Shown here piece by piece: positions 25,401 to 37,400 of a DNA stretch of 64,000 nt. The DNA lies in assembly GCA_038087875.1 (NCBI GenBank), contig CM075992.1, forward strand, positions 1,800,001 through 1,864,000, given 5' to 3'. The stretch is from Malacoraja senta. Taxonomy: Eukaryota. The notes under the pieces are model-generated. The model had not been told where the DNA came from. It saw nothing but the letters and a program-made list of their open reading frames with translations, and did no database searches. The translations under genes were made by a program, and so were the position numbers. Every line of letters begins with the position of its first letter. The stretch's first letter is position 1.

Positions 25401-28400
25401 TCAGGGTTCAAGAATTCTACTTCCTGCTGAAGTTGTTGACAATAAACCAAAAGAAGCTGAAAAGTTGATCTGACAAATAATCTGAATGCTTCAAACTATA
25501 AACTACTTAAAGGGCTTTCACAGTCAGAGGAAACAAAGAAAAGATATGCCAAAAGAGTTGAGGATAAATTAAGCAAGACCAGTGGACGAAGCAGACAGAG
25601 GCAGGTTACAGTGTATGGAAGGGCTGGCAGGCACAACTGCTTTTACTTTAATGCAACAGACGCCAGATAAGCTTAGAGCATAGACCAGTACTTCGAATTA
25701 GGATGTTATTGCAATCAGGGAAACATGGTTGCGGAAAAGGAAGGACTGTAAGCTTATCGTTATGGGCTCAAAAGTTTCAGACGTGACAGGAGCAATGCCA
25801 AAGATAGATAAAATCCAGAGGCGGGCTGAATGTCCTAATTCTGCTCCTAGAACTTATGATATTGTATTGGGTTGACAGTGCGATGGTACCAGAACCTTAC
25901 GAGGTATGATGAAAAAAAGACAATTGACAGAAGATGACAAAATCTGTCGACCCAATACAGTATCATAAGTTCTAGGAGCAGAATTAGGACATTTGGCCCA
26001 TCTCTGGATTTTATCTATCTCTGGATTTCTGGATCTCCAGAGCATCTCTGGAGAAAAGGAATACGTGACGGTACCTTCAGCTTTAACATCATCTATCTCT
26101 TTCCTCCAGAGATGCTGCCTGACACTTTGAGTTAGTCCAGCTTTTTGTGTCTCTCTTTTGCTTCCAGCATTGTCGTTTTTAATTTCCAGCATCTATATTT
26201 TGATTTTGATTTTCTGAAGACTATGCTTTACATACACATGGGCACCATGTGCAAAGTGGGAAAGTGGGGTTGACTGCATTGCTAGCATTCAGAACATCAA
26301 AACGGAAACCAGTTCTGTTTTCCCCACGAAGCCACACATTTCGCAGCCATGGTGGGTGATCACAGACAGGAACTTCTCCCACCCATGCATATCAAGGCTC
26401 ATAGACAAACCCAGATGCTGTACTGGTTAACTGACTGATCACCCAATTATTTTTGAACGGCTCATCAACTATACCATTACTGCGTCTCTTCAGTAAACAT
26501 TGGCTGAGGCCAGACCAGTATTAAACTGGAGAGAACTACACCCACTCAAGAGTGTAGATACAACGGCCTACTGGTTTCATGCCACCCAGTAATCCCCACA
26601 CTAGGGACAATTTACAATTTTACCAAGCCAATTAGCAGCTGATCTACATCGGTGAGACCAAGCGTAAGCTTGGCGATCGTTTCGCCGAACACCTCCACTC
26701 GGTCCACATTAACCAACCTGATCTCCCTGTGGCTCAGCACTTCAACTCCCCCTCCCATTCCGAATCCGACCTTTCTGTCCTGGGCCTCCTCCATGGCCAG
26801 AGTGAACACCACCGGAAATTGGAGGAGCAGAACCTCATATGGGCAGTCTGCACCCCAGCGGCATGAACATCGACTTCTCTAATTTCCGGTAGCCCTTATT
26901 GTCTCCTCCCCTTCTCAGCTCTCCCTCAGCCCTCTGGCTCCTCCTCTCCCTATCTTCTTCCCACCACCCCCCCCCCCAAAACGTTGCCTATTTCCTTCAC
27001 TCCATAGATGCTGCTGCACCCGCTGAGTTTCTCCAGCACTTTTGTCTACCTTCGACTTTCCAGCATCTGCAGTTCCTTCTTAAACATAACAGTCAACCTA
27101 TATATCAGTATGTCTTTGGAGTGTGGGAGGAAACCAGAGCACCTGGAGAAAACCCACAGATCACAGGGAGAACGTAAAAACTCCATACAGACAGCACCTG
27201 TAGTCACGATCGATCCTGGGTCTCTAGCACTAAGGCAGCAATTCTACCGTTGTGCCCACGTGCCGCCCTATTCTTCAGCAATTCTATAGTTTTAATCACC
27301 ACTACTTTCTTACATTGTTTTCTTTTAATTTCACATTTTTAATTGAATTTATATCTCATGGATCTGCTGGAGTTCTTTGAGGAAAATGGCAGGACAGATA
27401 GAGGGGAGGCCTAGATTTTCAGAAGGCCTTTGATAAGGTGCCGCACGTTAGGCTGCTAGGGAAGTTGTGAGCTCATGATATTGAAGGGAAGACAAGCATG
27501 GAAAGGAAGTTGGCTGAAGGGCAAAGAGTTGCAATAAATAGCGCTCTTTCAGGTTGGCTGCTTGTGACTAGTGGAGTTCCGCAGGGGTCAGCGTTGGAGC
27601 CGCTTCTCTTCACGTTGTATATTTATGATTTGGATAAGGTGATTGAAAGCTTTGTGGCCAAGTTTGTAGATAATGCTAAGATCGGTGGAGGGGCATGCAG
27701 TGTAGAGGAAACAAGGACTCTGCAGAAGGACTTAGACAGGTTAGGAGAGTGGGCAGAGAAGTGGCAGAAATTCAGCATAGCAAAGTGCGGAGTCATGCAT
27801 TTTGGTAATAAGAATAAAAGGTGTAGATTATTTCGTAAATGGGAAGAGAATCCAGAAATCGGAGGTGCAAAGGGATTTAATTTGCAAGGTGCAAAAGTCA
27901 ATTTGCAAGTCAAATCGGTCAAAGTAAGGAAGGCAAATTCAAAGCTAGCATTTATATCAAGATGACTGGAATGTAAAAACAGAGATGGAATATAGAAGTT
28001 CTATAAGGCCAGGCTGCATTGGGAGTATTGTGAGCAAATTTGGGCCCCATATCTGAGGAAGGATGTGCTGACTCTGCAGAGGGACCAGAGGAGATTTACA
28101 AGAATGATTCCGGGAATCAGTGGGTTAGCATATGGCGAGCGTTTGACTGCACTGGGCCTTTACTTGCTGGCGTTTAGAAGGTTGAGGGGGGGACCTCATT
28201 GAAACTTACAGAATAATGAATAGAATGGATGTGGTAAGGATGTTTCCACTGGTAGGAGAGTCTACGACCAAAGGTCACAGCCTCAGAATTAAAGGGCGCT
28301 CTTTTAAAAAGGTGAGGAACTTCTTTAGTCAGAGAGTAGTTGTTAAGACAGTAGTAAATGCAATTTCGTTCAAACCAGGCTGTTTTAATGACAATAAAAG

Positions 28401-31400
28401 GCATTCTGTTCTATTCTATTCTAGTTAATCTGTGGAACTCATTGCCACAGAGAACTGTGGAGGCCAAGTGCGTGGATATTTTTAAGGCAAAGATAGACAA
28501 GTTCTTGATTAGAACGAGTGTCAAGGGTTATTGGGAGCAGGCAGGAAAATGGGATTAGGTGGCAGAGATCAGCCATGATTGAATGGCGGAGTAGACTCGA
28601 TGGGCCCAATGGTTAATGCTACTCCTATAACTTGTGAATTTGTATCTGCAGATCACTAGTTCGGTGACTTAACTGCTATGGTAACATCATACCCTCCCTG
28701 TGGGTACATGTTATGAAGTTTATGAGGAACTAAACACACAAAATAGGAAATCCGTAAGTATAAAAAGAAAGCTCAATTCAAAAAATAAGATCTGTATACT
28801 ATAACATATCTTACAACACAGTAGTTCAAGATGAATCATTTATTGGTCACCAACTCGGAATCTAAGAACTAATCAGCCCTCAAACACCTCTAGCAATTAC
28901 ATTACTACTGCAGACCAGGAAGCTCCCAAAGTGCCTCCATTAACATCTGGCTGCATCGACTCATGCAAAAACTAGGGAGTTTCTGTGCAATTTAAAATAG
29001 ATTATAATCAAATTCATTATGTGCACCTTTTATTTCAGTACAGTTACTAATTGATTATAATTTAAGGCCCAGTTTACCTCCATAGCAAAACTGAATTAAT
29101 CTGATCAAGCCAACTACTATCTTACAAACATAAAACAGCATTGCTCAAGTGCTCCATTGCAGGAAACACAGCCAGAACAGGCCTGTGTCTAACTTGCATA
29201 ATCGACACTTCAAGCTCTACAGCACACAAACAGCAAAAAGAACTCAAAGTATCAACAAACAGCAAGAATCAAACACGATAGGCAGAAGACCCATAAAATA
29301 TTACCATATTTTCCATAGAAATTCTCTTCCTCGCCCATTTTCTCAGACTGCAAAGGCTTCACAACAGGCTCAGGCTGTGCACTCCCTACAATTAGTATGA
29401 CGTGTCGAGCTGTATCTCTGCTGTCCTTTCAGAGGAGTACAGACTGGTTTAACTGGAAACTCAGTAAATAAAGGCACATTAGAATAAAGAGGCACAGCCC
29501 CAAAGGTAATTAATTTTATTATTGTTAGATCATAGGCAGTTTTTAAAAAAACATATTACATTTTATTTCATAACAAATGCTCAAGTACATATATCACATC
29601 CAAAAGCCGTGCAACAATTCTCCCCTCAATACATTTACGACTTTAAGACTTTTGCCTCCATCACAGTGAGGAGGTGCCTGGTGAACTCACTGTGGTGGAT
29701 GTTAATTTGTGTTTATTGTGTGTTTTGTTATTTATTATATGTATGACTGCAGGCAACGAAACTTCGTTCAGACCGAAAGGTCGGAATGACAATAAAGGAA
29801 TCTAAGTCTAAGTCTAATTTGCAGTAAATACATCAAATAATAAACTACAGATTGGAACCTCTGATACACTGAAAAACAATTTGTGGTTGACTTTATGTAA
29901 TAGTCTTTCTCCATTTGTCTCTTCTGAAACTTCAAGTGCACTAATTAGCAACACTCAGCTGGCGAGTCTTATCAGTCACAGATTATGTCTTCCCAGGTAG
30001 AACCCGCAGAGTACATTACCCCTGTTATGGGCCTGTCCCACTGTACTAGGTAATTCAACAGTTCTCCCGCGTTTTCCCCTGATTCGAACTCGGAGAATGT
30101 CCGTAGCGGGTCCATAGGAGTTTATCTCGTAGCGGCTCGTACGAGTAACGGTAGGTACTCGGGAAATCCGTAAACTCGTGACGTTTTTTCAACACTGTGA
30201 AAAATGTCGACGAGTAAAAAACTCGTGATGAATTTTTGTTTTGCTTTTTACTCGTACGAGTCGCTACGAGACATCCACGAACTCCTACGGACCTGCAACA
30301 GACATTCTCCGAGATCGAATCGGGGAAAACTTGGGAGAACTCTTGAATTACCTCGTACAGTGGGACAGACCCTTTAGTAAAACACAAAGTGTTGGACTGA
30401 CTCAAGGGTCAGGCAGCATCTCTGGAGGACATGGATAGGTGAGGTTTCAGGTCAGGACCCTTCTTCAGACTGTCCTGACCCAAAGTGTCACCTATCCAGC
30501 TCCGGAGATGCTGCCTGACCCGTTGAGTTACTCCAGCACTTTGTGTTCTGTGCAAAGTTCCGGCACCTGCACTTCCTTGTATCTCCATCTTGCCACTGCT
30601 AGTTATTGAGCCGTTAGGCATACATACCAGCATACCTCCTCCACATCATCAGTGGAAATAAATTATTCCATTAAAAGATATACAAATCTTATCCATGGCC
30701 TAATCTCAAGGGCAGTTTGTGAGGGAATCAAGGCACTGAACATATTAAAAAGATTGCACCATGAGGGTTTATCACCATTATTCAGGATATATCGTGGTGC
30801 CGGTCAATCAATTATGGCAATGCAACAAGTTGCCAAAGGCTTCAAATGGGGGCGAGATAGATAGCTGTGGCAGATAAGATGAAGTAGAAATACATGAAGA
30901 GGGGGGAACTTGGGAATGTTAATGGAAATCCCTTGAAGACAATCACATTACAGTCCCAGATGTGCTGGACATATGAAGGGAGATAAATCTCCCAGGACTG
31001 ATCAGATATATCCAAGAACACTGTGGGAAGCTTGAGAAGAAATTGCAGGAGTAATGACTGAGATACACAAATCATCATTAGACACAGGTGAGGTGCTGGA
31101 AGATTGAAGGGTGGCGAATATTTGTGCCTCTATTTAAGAAAGGCTGCAATATCTAGGAACTATAGACCACTAAGCCTAACATCTATGGTAGAAAAGGTAC
31201 TGGAGAGGATTCCAAGGGGGAAGATATACCCATTTGGAAAAACAGGAGTGAATTAAGGACCGTGTTTTACTCAATAGTGTTATACTAGTGTTATACTCAA
31301 TAGTGTTAGCACCCACCACGGCATCTGCAGGGCAGAGGAAAAAAAATGGTGGCCACGCCGTCTGCAATTCGGCCTAACAAGTCCACAAAGACCATTGATC

Positions 31401-34400
31401 ACCTGTACACTAGTTTTAGGTTATCCCTTTCGCATCCTACACACTAGGGTCAATTTACAGTAGACGGTTAACGTATAAACCTGAGATAGATACAAAATAC
31501 TGGAGTAACTCAGCAGGACAAGCAGCATCTCTGGAGAGAAGGATTGGGTGATGTTTCGGGTCAAGACCCTTCTTCAGGCGTACAAACCAGCACGTCTTAT
31601 GCGGGAGAACATGCAAACTCCGCACAGACAGCACACATAGTCAGGCTCGAACCCAGGTCTCGGGTGCTGTGAGGTAACAGCTCTACTATTGCACCACCCC
31701 AGATAATTTGATGTCATTGAATATGGAAGGGATGTTGTCCAACTGCTGGAGAAGTACTATTCACACCCTGAACTGTAGAATATAAATGCGAAAATGGCTG
31801 AATACTTCTCTGGAATTCTGCAGAAGGAATTTTTAAACTGAAACCATCTGGAATTTGAGGTAGCCAAAAATGAAGTGCCAGGTTCAGTCCTGCCAAACCC
31901 TTCAGTAATTGGTTGTAACTGGAAAATTGAGAGTTATCAGTATAACTATTCATTTGAACATGATTTCACCTCCAGAGACAGTCGATAATCTTTAGCCAAT
32001 GAATGGAAAGCTCACAATGTGCAAACATTCCTTTTATAATTTCCACATACTGTTTCCTGATAAAGTCACAGCATCTGTCAAGTATTTCCTATCCATGCCT
32101 CCTCCCTGGTTGCAGTTCCAGTAAAGTGGACTAAAGATAGTGCAGCACATTTATTTTTCAATTTCACAAATAACTATATTTGTATTAAAATTATGTACAA
32201 GTACAAAAAAATAAGTGCATGGCTGCATAAATTTGGGGTGTTTTTACTCACAATGTATTTTGCTCTATACAGCAATGGGGCGGCACAGTGGTGCAGAGAT
32301 AAGAGTTGCTGCCTTATATGGGTGAACACGGGTCAGCGTGGACTCGGTGGGTGGAAGGGCCTGTTTCCACACTGCATCTCTAAACTAAACCAATGTCTAA
32401 ACAGCAGTAATGTTAGCACATGTGTGAACAATGCACCAGAGTTGACCCCCTAAGATAATTTAAAAACAAATTATTTGAGGGCCTTCCACACTGGATCCAG
32501 CACCTCAATATCCAATGGCAATAAGAATCTAGGCTGCAGTCCTTCTCACAGACCATTTGCATTAGCTGCACCGAGCTTCAGTGCATCCGTAAGCAGGTAT
32601 TCCTGCAGCCTGAATTGTGCCAGCCATCAGCATTCTCTAACAGGCTAGAAGATGAACATGTTTCAGGCCGACCAATGAGCGCCTTTCAACGAGTTGATGA
32701 TCTTACAGCCACACTTGCTGTTCGTCTTTATAAGCATCCCTGCAAACAACCCATAGATCAGAGTCTTATAGCCCTGTCCCACGGTGCGAGTTCATTCCAA
32801 GAGCTCTCCCGAGTTTAAAAAAAAATCGAACTCGTGGTAAGCACGGAGAATGAACGTAGCGGGTACGTCGGAGCTTGGGGACGTCTCTTAGCGGCTCGTA
32901 GCACTAACGGCAGGTACTCGGGAAGACTCGCTAATGGCAGGTAAGCACGCGAAGACTCGTGAAGATTTTTCAACACGTTGAAAAATGTCCACGAGAGCCC
33001 CGAGTATCGACGAGTGGCCATTACCGTAAATCTCCGAGTTCGAATCAGGGCAAACTCGGGAGAGCTCTTGGAATGAACTCGCAACATGGGACAGGGCTAT
33101 TACTGCACAACTGTTCAGGATGAACCATGGCAAGACACCTTGCATCCTGCTCCAACCGTTTTTTGCAAATAGACAGTCTGCATTGAGGTGGGTGACCATC
33201 TCCACCTCATTGCAGGAGGATAGCGGGCATTGGGAGTGAGATTTTGACGGTATTGGAAGGATTGAACAGGAAAGTTCCCTCTCACTGCCAGCCGAGTGAG
33301 GTCTTTGCGTCTGTTGGGAAGTTCTGGTGATGGGGCTTTCTACAACATGATCTGGATAGTCTGCTCAGGCAACCACCCCACAGGATACATTTTGTCTTTG
33401 TCCCACAGTGGTGGGCGGAACAATGACGTAGTGGTAGAGCTGCTGCCTTACAGCGCCAGAGACCTGGGTTTGATCCTGATGACGGGAGCTTGTCTGCTTG
33501 TCTGTACGTTCTCCCATGACCTTTGTGGGTTTTCTCTGAGATTCGGTCCATAGTCTTTTAAGTCTTGGCGATTCATGTGCTCTTCCAGATACTTTTTAAA
33601 TGCGAGTATCTGCCTCCACATCTTCTCAGGCAGTGCTGACGTACAGATTGCAACTACACTGTGAGCATTTTTTTCTTTTGCTCAGATCCCCTCTAATCCT
33701 CATCCCAAACCAATGCCTTCTGGTTTTGGACCTCCTTAATGGGAAAAATGTCCTATTAGCCTAGATTATATTTAAAATGACACAATCACCATGAAGGATG
33801 TAACAAGCATTCTCTGTAAAAAAGTGAATATTACGACAGTGTGTAGGAAGATACTGCAGATGCTGTATTATATGGTAGGACTGGACTCTCAGAGTAACTT
33901 TGGAGCAAGCAATCCTGTAACAGCCTAGCAGCAGCAAGCACTTTACAATGGACATGATCTCACTGCAATAGATAATGCATTTTAGGCAGTGCTCTCAGAT
34001 GCTCAACAGATTTATTAGGTTGCTAAAAAGACTTGTCCATTTCAGATTTAATTAACAAATGTAACAATTTAATATCATCAGGAACACAGAACTGACATCA
34101 GCTTCTAAATGAAGGCATGAAGTAATGCATGCATTGGCAAACAAGTCCAGCATTACCTCTCAAGCTTGGTCAGAAATGACATTATTTGTTAATTGATCAG
34201 ATAGGAGTTTAGTTTAGAGATACAGTGTGGAAACAGGCTCTTTAGCCCACCAAGTCCATGCCAACCAGCGATCCACGCACACTAACACCATCCTACATAC
34301 ACTAGGGACAATTTACAATTTTATCAAGCCAATTAACCTACAAACCTGCATGATTTTGGAGTGTGGGAGAAAACTGGGGCACCCGGAGAAAATCCACGCA

Positions 34401-37400
34401 GGTCACGGGGAGAACGTACAAACTTCGAACAGACAGCATCCGTAGTCAGGATCGAGCCCTGGTTTCTGGCGCTGCAAGGCAGCAACTCTACCGCTGCGCC
34501 ACCATACCACTCTGATAGGAATGCCGGGATCTGTTATACAAAATGTGCAGAGAACTAACTGAGCTGGTAAATCTACACATATCACAGTAAAATGCTTTAA
34601 ACCAAATGTTGGAAAGTGATTTTAAAAGACATTTGTCTGAATTAACTCTCTCTCCTTCCTTTAATCAAAAGTCGGTAACCTACCTTACTAAGCTCCATCC
34701 CTGCTAACCCACAGCAGCTATGTATTCATATACCATTACCTTTATGTCAGTCTATATACATCCTAGTCATTGTTGCTGTTTCAGAATCCATCTCACAAAC
34801 TGCAGTAGTTCAGAGAGAAGGAGCATCATATTCCAGATAACTAAAGATGACCGATAAATGGCAGCCTTTCCAGCATCACTCAAATACCAAGAACACAACA
34901 ACTAATCAACAGTAGATAGACACATAAAGCTGGAGTAACTCAGCGGGACAGGCAGCATCTCTGGAGAGAAGGAATGGGAGACATTTCAGGTCTCTTCTCC
35001 AGAGATGCTGCCTGTCCCGCTGAGTTACTCCAGCTTTTTGTGTCTATCTTCGATTTAAACCAACATCTGCAGCTCCTTCCTACACAACTAGTCAACGGTG
35101 ATAGACACAAATTGCTGGAGTAATTCAGCAGGACAGGCAGCATCTCTGGAGAGAAGGAATGGGAGACGCTTCTGGTTGAGACCCTTCTTCAGACCGAGCC
35201 AGTCAATTGTTACCAGCATCAACAGTGGAGAAACCTATCATCCTACAGAACCAAAGACAACACTGAAGCTCACAGGTAAAATGTGAAGTTCATTTCATTG
35301 TTTAAGCCTCAGCTCAGTTACATAAGTGCACGTAATTGTTTCCTACCCCTTGAGTTGGACCGGAATCCAAATGTTTCAGCACCTCTACTGGGACCAAATA
35401 ATACAATATGAACACTGATTAAAACTGAACTCTTCAACTTTATCTTGTCACTTTGGGATTTTTTTCTAAACATCCTGCTGTTGAAGTCAATTGCAATTTG
35501 AAAAAAAACAAAGTTAATATTGTAAACATATGGAAAATTAAAAGTAAAGGTATTTAAAGAGCAGACATGCAAGTTTGGCAAATACATTTTTCTCTTCTAT
35601 TCTAAATTAACATTCTTTCTCCCCTGTCACAAACCTCAATGCTGGCCTCTTTCAGGGCACAATTTTTTTCTAATCAAGCAAGACCAAAGAGCCTTTAGAG
35701 AATTATTGATGTGCACTACAGCTGATGAGATAATCTTCACAAAGATTAATATTTAATCACAACCCTAATGTTTCACATTAACTATCTTTTTTTGCAATTC
35801 CTCATTTTGCATTGCATTAGTTGATTTGCCATTATTGCATAGCTGGAAACGCTCCCAAACATATTTGCACTGGAGCTTCTTATGCGCGCCAGAGCTGCAT
35901 TCATCCACACAAGTGCCGGATATTGCAAAAAACAACAGCTCAACTGTAAGATTACCTGTAAATATTTGCAAAGTAAGCTCTAATGCCCTGTGCACACATC
36001 TATCTAAAATAAATGACTCATTACAGTGATTTATAGTATGACTCAAGGAAAAATTGAGATAAGTGTTACTCCAACAACTGCAATTCAGACATATTCCTGC
36101 TTCAAATGTCACTACAACTATGCAGGGCAGGTGTAAACTTGTCACAGTTAATACTCATTCAGACCTGGATCAATGACAAAGAGGCACAGGAGACTACCAA
36201 TACAGGAATCATAAGCACAAAACAGATAGTACTCGCAAAGGGAAATAAACAGTTATCATTTTGTGTTGAGACCCTTCTCTGGACTCTTACAATTAAATCA
36301 GAACAATCATCTTAGAGATTCGCCCAAATGGAGGAAATAACAATTTGAAAATAATTTGAAAACAAAACAAGGATTTGAAAACAAAATTGAGAAATTTTAA
36401 ATTGAGATGTTGCTCAACAGGAAACCACCAAGTACTCCGGTGAAGGATGCAGAGAACAGTGTGGCTTAGCACTCAACATAGAAACACAGAAAATAGGTGC
36501 AGGAGTAGGCGATTCGACCCTTCAATATGATCATGGCTGAAAATCCAAAATCAGTACCCCGTTCCTGCTTTATCCTCATATCCCTTGACTCAAGCAGCAG
36601 AAGGTTGTGGGACCGGCTCCGTCTGGTCTGTCTTGTTGAGTGGAGAGCCATCGGAACTTACTGATCCCCACTCCCCTGACATCAGTCTGAAGAAGGGTCT
36701 CGACCCGAAACGTCACCCATTCCTTCTCTCTAGAGATGTTGCCTGTCCCGCTGAGTTACTCCAGCATTTTGTGTCTACCTTCGATTTAAACCAGCATCTG
36801 CAGTTCTTTCTTACACATTACTGACCTACTACCTGTACACATTAATGGTCAGAGATGCAGATTACAAACTGAATTCCATCACAACCACAAACTCATAAGA
36901 GCCACGAAGGGAGAATGTGTTTTTCTTTTATAACACTGCCATTCTTTGCATTGGATTTGTTCCCATAGCCAGCTCCCAAATGGCAAGACTCTGCACAGCA
37001 TGGACAGCCATGTTTAATTTGAAGCCTCCAACTCACTGGCAAAACTTAAAGTCTTGGAATGTCTGACATTCATGGATAAAACTTGTTTTAAATATCGATC
37101 ACCAACATTAAAAAAAAAAAAATCCAAAAGGTATTTAGGTTATCAATTAAATGTATTTAAATTAACTTATTAAAAACAATTAACTATCTTCCTCAAAGCC
37201 ATTTCCCCTTCATTGAAAGAATTGGCAATGCTGACTCTGAGAATTTCTACTGAAACTGCTGGGAAATTGCAGAAAGATCGCTCAACACAAGGGGTGCAAT
37301 GCCCCAGTGCAGAATCTCAGTGGCCAGAACCTCTTGTGAACTCTGCTCACTCATCGAATGTTGCAATTAGCTATCCCACCCTCCCCACAAAGCAGTTACG

